A stretch of 57,743 bases of DNA from Ammonifex sp. Lineage in GTDB: Bacteria; Bacillota; Desulfotomaculia; Desulfotomaculales; DYER01. Position 1 is the first letter of the stretch, and each line of letters starts with the position of its first letter. This document shows positions 38,814-47,648 of the stretch, one piece after another. Position numbers and translations under genes: made by a program. Where the stretch lies: contig DYER01000026.1 in NCBI GenBank assembly GCA_020725605.1, positions 1 to 57,743 of the forward strand, in the 5' to 3' direction. The notes under the pieces are model-generated. The model worked only from the letters and a program-made list of their open reading frames with translations, did not search any database and had not been told where the DNA came from.

Positions 38814-41564
38814 ATGGCACGGGGTTACCTGGCCTTGGTCCTGCATGCGCATCTGCCCTACGTCCGGTCCCGGGTCGGGGCCCTGGAAGAACGGTGGTTC
38901 TTCGAGGCCATGACCGAGTGCTACCTGCCCTTGCTGGAGGCCTGGGAGAACCTGGCCCGAGAGGGCCGCGCCTTTCGACTCACCCTTTCGCTGTCGCCGC
39001 CCCTGCTGGAAATGCTGGCCGACGAAAGCCTAAGCCGCCGGTATGTTGTCCACCTGGACAACCTGCTGTTGCTCGCCGAAAAGGAGGTGCAAAGGACCAG
39101 AAAAGACCCGCCCGTCTGGCGTCTGGCCCGGATGTACCGCGAGAACCTGGAAAGAATCCGCCACGCTTATGTGGAGGAGTATTATCGCAACCTGCTGGCC
39201 CCCCTGGCCCGTCTGCAGCGGGAAGGGTTTCTGGAATTGATAACCACCGCGGCCACCCACGGTTACCTGCCCCTGATGAGCAGCGAGAGCGTGCGGCGCG
39301 CCCAGATCGCCGTGGGGGTGGCCCTCTTCCGCCGGCACTTCGGGTGGCACCCGCCGGGCTTCTGGTTGCCCGAGTGCGGGTACGTGCCCGGAGTGGAGGA
39401 ACTGCTTAAGGAGTTCGGGCTGCGGTATTTCGTCCTGGACAGCCACGGGGTACTCAACGCACGACCCGCGCCCCGCCACGGGGTCTACGCCCCGGTGCTG
39501 ACCCGCTGCGGGGTGGCGGCCCTGGGACGGGACCCCACCAGTTCGCGCCAGGTATGGGACCAGCGCACCGGGTATCCCGGTGACTTCTACTACCGGGAAT
39601 TCTATCGGGACATCGGCCACGACCTGGACCCCGACTACCTGGCGCCCCACCTCCCGGAGGGCTGGGTCCGGGTGGACACGGGCCTGAAGTATTACCGGAT
39701 CACGGGCCCCACCGCGGACAAGGCCTTTTACGAGCCGGATCGGGCCCTGGAGCGGGCCGCGGAGCACGCGGCCCACTTCGTCGCCGAGCGCCAGCGGCAG
39801 GTGCGGAGTCTGGCCAAACACATGGAGGTGCCGCCCCTGGTGGTGGCGCCCTACGACGCCGAGCTCTTCGGCCACTGGTGGTACGAAGGCCCCCGGTGGC
39901 TGGAGCTGGTCCTGCGCCGGCTGCAGGACCAGGATACGGTGGCCCTCACCACGCCCGGCCGCTACCTGGACGCGTACCCCCACCATCAGGTGGTGGAGCT
40001 CGACCTGTGCAGTTGGGGCGAGGAAGGGTACAACAAGGTGTGGCTCAACCCGGCCAACGACTGGATTTACCGTTTCCTCCACCGGGCCGAAGCCGCCGTG
40101 GCCGAGCTGGCCGACCTTTACCCGTTTGCGGCCGGCCGCACCCGGCGGCTGCTGAACCAGGCGGCCAGGGAACTGCTCCTCGCCCAGAGCAGCGATTGGG
40201 CCTTCATCCTCCACACGGGGACCGCGGTGCAGTACGCCCGGCAACGCCTGACGGTTCACCTTGAAAACTTAAAACAATTAATTGGTGAATTAGAATCCGG
40301 AGCCAGAGCCCCCCTGGAGAAGCTGGAGGCCGAATATCCCTTCGCGCAGGATATCGATTACCGGGTTTTCAGCCGCTTTTTCCGGGGCAACCGGTCCGCG
40401 AGCCGCAGGCGGTTCCGCGTAGCCATGTTCTCGTGGGAATACCCCCCGAAAACCGTGGGCGGGCTGGGCCGCCACGTGTACGACCTTTCCCGGGCCCTGG
40501 TGCGACTGGGCGACGACGTGGTGGTGCTCACCTGCCCGGCGGGCGACCTGCCGTCCTGGCAGGTGGTGGACGGAGTGCGGGTATACCGCACGGACGGGTC
40601 CGGGGCGCCGGAGGGCAGCTTCCTGGACTGGGTGGCCTGGTTTAACGGCGCCCTGGTGGACCTGGCCGGGCGCGTCCTGCGGGACCACGGGCCCTTCGAC
40701 CTGCTTCACGCCCACGACTGGCTGGTGGGTCGGGCCTGCCTGGAGCTGCGCGCCCGGCACGGGCTCCCCCTGGTCACCACCATCCACGCCACGGAGCACG
40801 GCCGGAATCTGGGGCTCCACAACGAGACCCAGTGGCGCATCCACCAGGCCGAGGCGGAACTGGTGCGGGAGAGCGACCTAATCATTTGCTGTAGCCGTTA
40901 CATGGCCCGGGAAGTGACCGGCCTGTTCGCCGTGGCTCCCGACAGGGTACGGGTGGTACCCAACGGCGTGGAACCCCAAAACCTGGGCGTGGATCGGTGG
41001 TTGGGCCGGGACCGTACCGGCCGGATGGTGCTGTTCATGGGGCGGCTGGTGCCCGAAAAGGGCGTGCAGGTTCTGTTGCGTGCCTTTGCCAGATTGGAGG
41101 GGGAGCTACCGGATTTGTCCCTGGTGGTCGCGGGACGGGGGCCTTACGAGGATTACCTGCGGCAGCTGGCGGCCGAACTCGGCCTTAACGCGCGGGTTTG
41201 TTTTACGGGTTTTGTGGACGGAAAGAGGCGGCAGCAACTTTACCGGGACGCCGGTCTCGCCGTTTTCCCGAGCCTTTACGAGCCCTTCGGCATCGTGGCC
41301 CTGGAGGCCATGGCGGCCCAGGTGCCCGTAATCGTCAGCGACACCGGGGGCCTCAGTGAGGTGGTGGAACACGGTGCCACGGGCTTCAAGGTGCCGCCGG
41401 GCGATGTGGAGGCCTTGAGCTACTACATGGCCCACGTCCTCTCCCACCCGGAGGTATCCCGAACCCTGTGCTGGCGGGCCTGGCGGGAGATCCTGACCAG
41501 GTACAACTGGCAGTATCTGGCGGGAGAGACGCGCGAAGTATACCGGGAACTGCTGGCCGGTTGA
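38814..41564 (+). CDS. Fusion of GH57 1,4-alpha-glucan branching enzyme (DUF1957) and a GT4 glycosyltransferase
   Basis: HAHLPYV, WLPECGY, PYDAELFGHWWYEG, AQSSDWAF; then MFSWEYPP..GGLG.HV, HAHDWL, YEPFGIVALEAM in one frame. Confidence 0.92.
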   Translation: MARGYLALVLHAHLPYVRSRVGALEERWFFEAMTECYLPLLEAWENLAREGRAFRLTLSLSPPLLEMLADESLSRRYVVHLDNLLLLAEKEVQRTRKDPPVWRLARMYRENLERIRHAYVEEYYRNLLAPLARLQREGFLELITTAATHGYLPLMSSESVRRAQIAVGVALFRRHFGWHPPGFWLPECGYVPGVEELLKEFGLRYFVLDSHGVLNARPAPRHGVYAPVLTRCGVAALGRDPTSSRQVWDQRTGYPGDFYYREFYRDIGHDLDPDYLAPHLPEGWVRVDTGLKYYRITGPTADKAFYEPDRALERAAEHAAHFVAERQRQVRSLAKHMEVPPLVVAPYDAELFGHWWYEGPRWLELVLRRLQDQDTVALTTPGRYLDAYPHHQVVELDLCSWGEEGYNKVWLNPANDWIYRFLHRAEAAVAELADLYPFAAGRTRRLLNQAARELLLAQSSDWAFILHTGTAVQYARQRLTVHLENLKQLIGELESGARAPLEKLEAEYPFAQDIDYRVFSRFFRGNRSASRRRFRVAMFSWEYPPKTVGGLGRHVYDLSRALVRLGDDVVVLTCPAGDLPSWQVVDGVRVYRTDGSGAPEGSFLDWVAWFNGALVDLAGRVLRDHGPFDLLHAHDWLVGRACLELRARHGLPLVTTIHATEHGRNLGLHNETQWRIHQAEAELVRESDLIICCSRYMAREVTGLFAVAPDRVRVVPNGVEPQNLGVDRWLGRDRTGRMVLFMGRLVPEKGVQVLLRAFARLEGELPDLSLVVAGRGPYEDYLRQLAAELGLNARVCFTGFVDGKRRQQLYRDAGLAVFPSLYEPFGIVALEAMAAQVPVIVSDTGGLSEVVEHGATGFKVPPGDVEALSYYMAHVLSHPEVSRTLCWRAWREILTRYNWQYLAGETREVYRELLAG

Positions 41565-41612
41565 GGGGTTGCGGCCTGTGGCGGGGCGCGGAAAGGGTTA
41601 GGAGGGCGTTCG

Positions 41613-43643
41613 GTGGCGAGACCCCTGGTTGTCGGGAACGGTTCCCTGGTGGTGGCCTTCGACGCCAATATGAACATGCGCGACCTGTACTACCCCTACG
41701 TGGGACAGGCCAACCACATTATGGGCAACAAGAACCGCCTGGGTGTGTGGGTCGAAGACCGCTTCTCGTGGTGCGAAGAAGAAAACTGGGAGAAGAAACT
41801 GACCTACCGCTCGGATAGCCTGGTAACGGACGTGGCCTTAAGCAACCGGGATCTGGAGCTGACCCTGCACCTGAACGACGCCGTATACCATCGGGACAAC
41901 GTTTTCCTGCGGCGGCTGGAAGTGGTGAATCTGTCGGAGCGCGAGCGTGAAGTGCGGTTATTCTTCACCCACGACTTCTCCATCGACGAAAGTGAGGTCG
42001 GGGATACCGCCTTCTACGAACCCTACTCCCATACGGTTTACCACTACAAAAGAAACCGGTACTTTTTGATCAACGGTCAGGCGCCGGAAGAGGGGCTATT
42101 CCAGCATGCCACGGGCAAAAAGCGCTTTCGCGGGGCCGAGGGGACCTGGCGGGACGCCGAGGACGGGGTTCTGAGCAACAATCCGGTGGACCAGGGCTCG
42201 GTGGACAGTACCGTCAGCCTGCGGGTGCGGCTGGCGCCGCGGGGTAGGGAGGTCCTTTACTACTGGATCGCGGTGGGCAGGAACTTCCAGCAGGTGAGGG
42301 ACCTCAACAGGATGGTTCTTTCCACCGGGCCCGGGGTGCTTCTGGAGCAGGTGGAAAACTACTGGCGCACCTGGGTGCGTCAGGCCCCGCCCCTTTTGAG
42401 CGGCCTGCCCGCCGAGGTGGCGGACCAGTACCGCCGGAGCCTCCTGCTGGCCCGGCTACACCTCGATCGTCGCGGGGCCGTGGTGGCTTCCGTAGACTCG
42501 GACATCATGGCCACCAATCGCGACCACTACTGTTACCTCTGGCCGCGGCAGGGAGCCTTCGTGGTACAGGCCTTCATCCGTGCCGGTTACGGGGCCCTGG
42601 CCGAGCCCTTCTTTGCCTTTTGTGCCGACGCCCTAACGGAGGAGGGCTACCTTCTGCACAAGTACAACCCGGATGGTACGGTCGGGTCCACCTGGCATCC
42701 CCGGCTCCTGGGGGGACGGCCCCAGTTGCCCATTCAGGAGGACGAGACCGCTCTGGTCCTGACCGTCCTGTGGGAATATTACAAACGCGGGGGCAATCTG
42801 GAATTCGTCCTGGACCACTACCCCACCCTGGTACGGCCGGCGGCCGAGTTCCTGTACCACTACTTCGACGAACAACTCGGCCTGCCCAGGCCTAGTTGGG
42901 ACCTGTGGGAGGAACGCTGCGGGATCTTCACCTTTACCGCCGCGGCGGTCCACGCCGGGTTGCGCGCCGCGGCCGCCATGGCCCACCTGGTGGGGGACAG
43001 GGAACGTGCCCGACGCTGGAACCGGCGGGTCGGCCATTTACAAAAGGGCATTACCCGCCAACTCTTCGACCCCGGTCAGGGGCGGTTCCTGCGCGGTCTG
43101 GTCTGGGACGCGCGGCGGGGGCACCTGACGCCCGACCCCACCCTGGAAAGCAGCGTCGCCGGTCTGGTACTCTTCGGGGTGTTGCCGGTGGACGACCCCC
43201 GGGTGGTGGCCACCATGAGGGCGGTGGAGCAGGGACTCTGGGTCAGGACCGAGACGGGCGGCATTGCCCGCTACGCCGGGGACTGCTATTTCCGGTGCGC
43301 GGTGGATCAGTTCAACGTTCCGGGGAATCCGTGGTTCGTAACCACCATGTGGCTGGCCGAGTGGCACCTCGCCGCCGCCACCACGCCGGAGGAACTGGAA
43401 CGGGCCGCGCGGCTTTTGCGCTGGGCCGCGGGCAACAGCCTGGGCACCGGAGTGATGCCCGAGCAGATGGATCCCTATAGCGGGGGGCCCCTCTCCGTGG
43501 CCCCGCTGGCCTGGTCCCACGCGGCCTTCGTCAAGGCGGTTCTGGACTATGAGGAAAGGTACCACCAGTTGCATGCCAAGGGCGAGGCCGTGCCGCTGGC
43601 GAGGGAGGAGGCACCCGCCGGACCCAGCTGGCGCTGGTGGTGA
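41613..43643 (+). CDS. GH15 glucoamylase/trehalase-family hydrolase
   Basis: YCYLWPR, QEDETAL, DLWEE, MPEQ..P....SVAPLAWSHA. Confidence 0.93.
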   Translation: MARPLVVGNGSLVVAFDANMNMRDLYYPYVGQANHIMGNKNRLGVWVEDRFSWCEEENWEKKLTYRSDSLVTDVALSNRDLELTLHLNDAVYHRDNVFLRRLEVVNLSEREREVRLFFTHDFSIDESEVGDTAFYEPYSHTVYHYKRNRYFLINGQAPEEGLFQHATGKKRFRGAEGTWRDAEDGVLSNNPVDQGSVDSTVSLRVRLAPRGREVLYYWIAVGRNFQQVRDLNRMVLSTGPGVLLEQVENYWRTWVRQAPPLLSGLPAEVADQYRRSLLLARLHLDRRGAVVASVDSDIMATNRDHYCYLWPRQGAFVVQAFIRAGYGALAEPFFAFCADALTEEGYLLHKYNPDGTVGSTWHPRLLGGRPQLPIQEDETALVLTVLWEYYKRGGNLEFVLDHYPTLVRPAAEFLYHYFDEQLGLPRPSWDLWEERCGIFTFTAAAVHAGLRAAAAMAHLVGDRERARRWNRRVGHLQKGITRQLFDPGQGRFLRGLVWDARRGHLTPDPTLESSVAGLVLFGVLPVDDPRVVATMRAVEQGLWVRTETGGIARYAGDCYFRCAVDQFNVPGNPWFVTTMWLAEWHLAAATTPEELERAARLLRWAAGNSLGTGVMPEQMDPYSGGPLSVAPLAWSHAAFVKAVLDYEERYHQLHAKGEAVPLAREEAPAGPSWRWW

Positions 43644-43705
43644 GCGGGCCCGGCGGCCCTACCGACACCTTTTTATATGGCGGTGTACCAAGGGGGGTCT
43701 TCATT

Positions 43706-44794
43706 GTGCTGACGTCTCTGGGTGGCCTGGCCACCGGAATCGGAAGTCTGCCCGGGGAGGACCCGCAGGCCGCGGTGGAACTGGTCCTCCGGTACTTCCG
43801 CGAAATTCCCCACTGGCCCCAGCTGCCCCGCCGGGGGCCGGTGGAGCATTTCGTGTACCAGTTTCTTTACCCGCTCTTTCGGCTCGGATTGCTGGCGGAA
43901 GAGGGGGGCCGGGTGTACTTGGCCACCCGGCGGCCCGACTGGGCCGAGCGCCTCACGGAATTCTACTCGGCCTATCTGGCCCTGGAAGGGGGCGAGGAGG
44001 CGGCGCTGGATTTCTTCGCGGTCCCGCCGGAGGCGGCCGCGGGCCTTTACGCCTTCGTGCAGGCGGCTGCGGGCGGCGACTTCTGGCTCGTCAAGGGTCA
44101 GGTAGCTGGTCCCCTTACCGTGGGCCTGAATGTCAGGGATGCCGACGGGCGGGTGGCCTACTACCGGGACGAGCTCCGCGAGCTCCTGGTCCACGCCCTG
44201 GTGGGCCACGCGCGGTGGCAGGTGCGGTTGCTTTCGCGCCTGGGCCGGCCGGTGCTCCTCTTCGTGGACGAGCCCGGTGTTGGCGTCTACGGCCAGTTCG
44301 GATACATCACCATTACCCGGGAGCGCATCGTAGAGGACCTGAGCGCGGTCCTCGGGGGCATCAGAGGCCAGGGCGGGCACAGCGGGGTGCACTCCTGCGC
44401 GGCCTGCGACTGGTCCCTGGTTTTCGAGGTCGGGCCGGACGTGGTGAGCGTGGACGCTTACGGCTTTTTCAAATCGCTCCTCCCCTACGTCACCCAACTG
44501 GGCGACTTTTTGCGGAGGGGCGGGGTGGTGGCCTGGGGCATCGTGCCCACGGCGGAAAGCGTGCTGGGGGAAAGCGTGGCCACGCTGCTCGCCCGCCTCC
44601 GGGACCAGTGGAGGGAACTGGCCGCGCGCGGGATACCCTTGACCCTCTTGCGGCGTCAGGCCCTCATCACCCCGGCCTGCGGGACCGGCCTCTTGGAACC
44701 AGCCCTGGCCGAGAATATCTACCGCCTCACGGCCGGGGTGGCCCGGGCCGTCAGGGCGGAACAGGAGCACGGAGGCGAGGACCATGCCCGTTGA
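43706..44794 (+). CDS. Core-MetE-like (MesB-type) methylcobalamin:homocysteine methyltransferase
   Basis: TGIGSLP, WPQLP, KGQVAGPLT, FVDEP, HSC zinc motif, WGIVPT, TPACG; single-domain length. Confidence 0.75.
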   Translation: MLTSLGGLATGIGSLPGEDPQAAVELVLRYFREIPHWPQLPRRGPVEHFVYQFLYPLFRLGLLAEEGGRVYLATRRPDWAERLTEFYSAYLALEGGEEAALDFFAVPPEAAAGLYAFVQAAAGGDFWLVKGQVAGPLTVGLNVRDADGRVAYYRDELRELLVHALVGHARWQVRLLSRLGRPVLLFVDEPGVGVYGQFGYITITRERIVEDLSAVLGGIRGQGGHSGVHSCAACDWSLVFEVGPDVVSVDAYGFFKSLLPYVTQLGDFLRRGGVVAWGIVPTAESVLGESVATLLARLRDQWRELAARGIPLTLLRRQALITPACGTGLLEPALAENIYRLTAGVARAVRAEQEHGGEDHAR

Positions 44795-45587
44795 CTACCA
44801 CTGTCACACGGCCCGCTGCGGCCACGCGCAGGGGACCGTGGAGGAATACCTGCGCCGGGCGCGGGCCCTGGGCCTGGAAGAGGTGGGGTTTGCCGATCAC
44901 CTGCCCCAGTACTTCCTGCCGCCCGGGAGGCGCGACCCGGGTCTGGCCATGGCCGAGGAGGAACTGGCCGACTACGTGGCCGAGGTGCTGGCCGCGGCCG
45001 CGGCGGGTCCCGGCCCCGCCGTGCGGCTCGGGTGCGAGGCCGATTACGTGCCGGGGCGCGAGGCGGACCTGGCGGCGTTCCTGCGGGCCCACCCCTTCGA
45101 TTACGTCCTGGGCTCGGTGCACTACCTGGACGGGTGGGGCTTCGACAACCCCGCCCACCGGAACGGCTATGCCACCCGGGACCGGGGAGAGCTGATCGTC
45201 ACGTACTTTCGCCTGGTGCAGCGGGCGGCCACAAGCGGGCTTTTCGACGTCCTGGCCCACCCGGACCTGATTAAGAAGTTCGGCCCGCGGTTGCCGCCGG
45301 GCCTTACGTCCCTCTACGAGGAGACGGTGCGGGCCATAAAGAAGGCCGACGTATGCGTGGAGGTGAACACGGCGGGCCTGAGGCATCCCGTGCAGGAGAT
45401 ATACCCCACCGAGGAATTCCTGAGGCTGTGCCGGGCCCACCGCGTGCCGGTGTGCCTGGGTTCGGACGCCCACCGCCCGGCGGACGTAGGGGCCGGCCTG
45501 GAGCAGGCCGTGGCCCTGCTCCGCGAGGTGGGGTACCGGGAGATAGCCCTTTTCCGGGGGCGCCGGAGGATCCTGAGGGAACTGTAA
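44784..45587 (+). CDS. Histidinol-phosphatase, HisJ/PHP family
   Basis: DYHCH, FADH, DYVLGSVH, AHPDLIKK, EVNTAG, GSDAH. Confidence 0.9.
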   Translation: MPVDYHCHTARCGHAQGTVEEYLRRARALGLEEVGFADHLPQYFLPPGRRDPGLAMAEEELADYVAEVLAAAAAGPGPAVRLGCEADYVPGREADLAAFLRAHPFDYVLGSVHYLDGWGFDNPAHRNGYATRDRGELIVTYFRLVQRAATSGLFDVLAHPDLIKKFGPRLPPGLTSLYEETVRAIKKADVCVEVNTAGLRHPVQEIYPTEEFLRLCRAHRVPVCLGSDAHRPADVGAGLEQAVALLREVGYREIALFRGRRRILREL

Positions 45588-45607
45588 CGCGCCGCGGGTG
45601 CGATATG

Positions 45608-45630
45608 AGCCGGCAAGGGCCGGCTTTTTT
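45608..45630 (+). terminator. Intrinsic terminator
   Basis: AGCCGGC-aagg-GCCGGCT followed by TTTTT. Confidence 0.85.
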
Positions 45631-45650
45631 ATTTGGGATTTTATTTGGGA
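45627..45650 (+). repeat. Perfect 12-bp tandem duplication TTTTATTTGGGA
   Basis: Two adjacent copies at 45627-45638 and 45639-45650. Confidence 0.8.
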
Positions 45651-45653
45651 CCG

Positions 45654-45680
45654 GCAGGAACTTTCCCCGCCGGGTCGAAT
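45654..45680 (+). promoter_or_regulatory. SigH-like promoter for mraZ/dcw
   Basis: gcAGGAact...tcGAAT, 17 nt spacing. Confidence 0.6.
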
Positions 45681-45710
45681 AAGTGGGGACAAGTGGTGGA
45701 AAGTGGGTAA
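45681..45710 (+). promoter_or_regulatory. MraZ-binding direct repeats
   Basis: AAGTGG repeated three times with 10-bp periodicity upstream of mraZ. Confidence 0.8.
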
Positions 45711-45734
45711 ACCGGGCCGGAAGGTGGGCCGGAA

Positions 45735-46163
45735 GTGTTTACGAGCGAGTATGTGCACACCCTGGACGCCAAGGGACGGCTTTTCATTCCGGCCCGGCTG
45801 CGGGAAGGCCTGGGTGCCAGATTTGTTCTTACCAAGGGGCTGGACCGCTGCCTTTTCGCCTACCCCCCCGCGGAATGGGAAGCCCTGGGGCAGAAGTTTC
45901 GGGACCTGCCCTTTGCCCGGGCCGACGTGCGGGCCTTCGCGCGCCTGTTTTTTTCCGGGGCCTGCGAATGCGAGTGCGACCGCCAGGGGAGAATTCTGAT
46001 CCCGGCCTATCTCCGCGAGTACGCCGGCCTCGCCAGGGAAGCCGTAATCCTGGGCGTGGCGTCCCGGGTGGAGATCTGGGCCCGGGATGAATGGGAGCGT
46101 TACCGGGCCCGGGCCACGGCGGCCTACGAAGAGGTGGCCGAAAAACTTGTAGACCTTTTCTAA
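45735..46163 (+). CDS. mraZ: Transcriptional regulator MraZ
   Basis: LDAKGRLFIP, DRQGRILIP, RVEIW. Confidence 0.97.
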   Translation: MFTSEYVHTLDAKGRLFIPARLREGLGARFVLTKGLDRCLFAYPPAEWEALGQKFRDLPFARADVRAFARLFFSGACECECDRQGRILIPAYLREYAGLAREAVILGVASRVEIWARDEWERYRARATAAYEEVAEKLVDLF

Positions 46164-46166
46164 GCG

Positions 46167-47126
46167 GTGGGGAGCGCCTTGTACCATCAGCCGGTGATGG
46201 TGGCCGAGGTACTGGCCGGCCTCGGTTTGAGGCCCGGCGGCACCTACGTGGACTGTACCGTGGGCGGGGGCGGGCACGGCTACGCGCTCCTGGAGCGCCT
46301 GGAGGGGCGGGCCCGTCTCATCGGCATCGACCGCGACCCCGAGGCCATAGCGGCGGCCCGAGAGCGGCTGGCACCCTTCGGCGACCGGGTGGTGCTGGTG
46401 AGGGGCGAATTCAGTGCCTTGCCCGACATCCTCAGGGAGCTGGGTGTGCCCGGGGCGGACGGCGTCCTCTTTGACCTGGGGCCCTCCGCCCATCAGCTCA
46501 CCACACCCCGCCGGGGTTTCAGTTACCAGGAGGACGGCCCGCTGGACATGCGCATGGACCCGGAGCAGGAGCTGACGGCGGCCAAGCTGGTTAACATACT
46601 CTCGGAGCACGAACTGGCGGACCTGATCCGCCGGTACGGCGAGGAAAAGTGGGCCACCCGCATCGCCCACCACATCGTGGAGGCACGACGCCGGCGGCCG
46701 ATAACCCGGACCCTGGAACTCGCCGAAATAGTAAGAAAGGCCATTCCCGCCGCGGCCCGCCGGCGTGGCCCGCACCCGGCGCGGCGCACCTTCATGGCCC
46801 TGCGGGTGGCGGTGAACCGGGAACTGGAGGTGCTGGATAAGAGCCTGAGGGACGCGGCCCGCATTTTACGTCCGGGCGGCCGCCTGTGCGTCCTCGCCTA
46901 CCACTCCCTGGAGGACCGCGTCGTTAAGAACGTGTTTCGCGCCCTGGCCGGGACCTGTACCTGCCCGCCGCGCGCGCCCAAGTGCCTTTGCCGCCCCGTT
47001 GCGATATTGAAAATTGTCACCCCGCATCCCTTGCGGCCTTCCGCGGCCGAGGTGGAGGCCAATCCCGCGGCCCGCAGTGCCCGCCTGCGCGTGGCCGAAC
47101 GCTGTCCGCCGGGCGAGCCGTACTAA
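46167..47126 (+). CDS. rsmH: 16S rRNA m4C1402 methyltransferase
   Basis: [29 protein letters not shown]. Confidence 0.97.
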   Translation: MGSALYHQPVMVAEVLAGLGLRPGGTYVDCTVGGGGHGYALLERLEGRARLIGIDRDPEAIAAARERLAPFGDRVVLVRGEFSALPDILRELGVPGADGVLFDLGPSAHQLTTPRRGFSYQEDGPLDMRMDPEQELTAAKLVNILSEHELADLIRRYGEEKWATRIAHHIVEARRRRPITRTLELAEIVRKAIPAAARRRGPHPARRTFMALRVAVNRELEVLDKSLRDAARILRPGGRLCVLAYHSLEDRVVKNVFRALAGTCTCPPRAPKCLCRPVAILKIVTPHPLRPSAAEVEANPAARSARLRVAERCPPGEPY

Positions 47127-47149
47127 AACGAGGGGGAGGTGCGTAGAAC

Positions 47150-47641
47150 TTGATCGTAGCGCAAGAAAAGCGCATCCACAGGGTCGACGTCCCGGAACCC
47201 CGGATTTGGGCGCGGCGCGCCAGAGCCTGGCAGGAGGATAAACTGGTGCTGACGGGACTGGTTTTCCTGGCCTTCGTCCTGGGGCTTCTGCTGGTGTTTT
47301 ACTATTCCCAGGTATCCGTGGTGGGCAAACAATTGACCGACCTGAAGAAAGAACTGGTGGCCCTGAGGTCCGAGAGCGAATATCTCGAGGCCACCATCCG
47401 CGGCTACTCTTCCCTCGGGCGCGTGGAACAGCTGGCGCGGGACCACCTGGGCATGGTGGAGCCGACCAGAAAGGAAGTACTGGCCCTGACCCTGCCTCCG
47501 GCGGGCCCGCAGGAGACCGGGGCTTACCGGGAAGACAACCGTACGCCGGAGCCCAACGCCATCATCGCGGCCTTCACGGCCCTGATCGATCACATGGGAC
47601 AGAGACTGAAATCCACGGTGGCGGCCGGAACCGGGGTATAG
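47150..47641 (+). CDS. ftsL: FtsL-like cell division protein
   Basis: One TM helix plus coiled coil and RVEQLA...LGM; position between rsmH and the PBP gene. Confidence 0.8.
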   Translation: MIVAQEKRIHRVDVPEPRIWARRARAWQEDKLVLTGLVFLAFVLGLLLVFYYSQVSVVGKQLTDLKKELVALRSESEYLEATIRGYSSLGRVEQLARDHLGMVEPTRKEVLALTLPPAGPQETGAYREDNRTPEPNAIIAAFTALIDHMGQRLKSTVAAGTGV

Positions 47642-47648
47642 GAGAACC

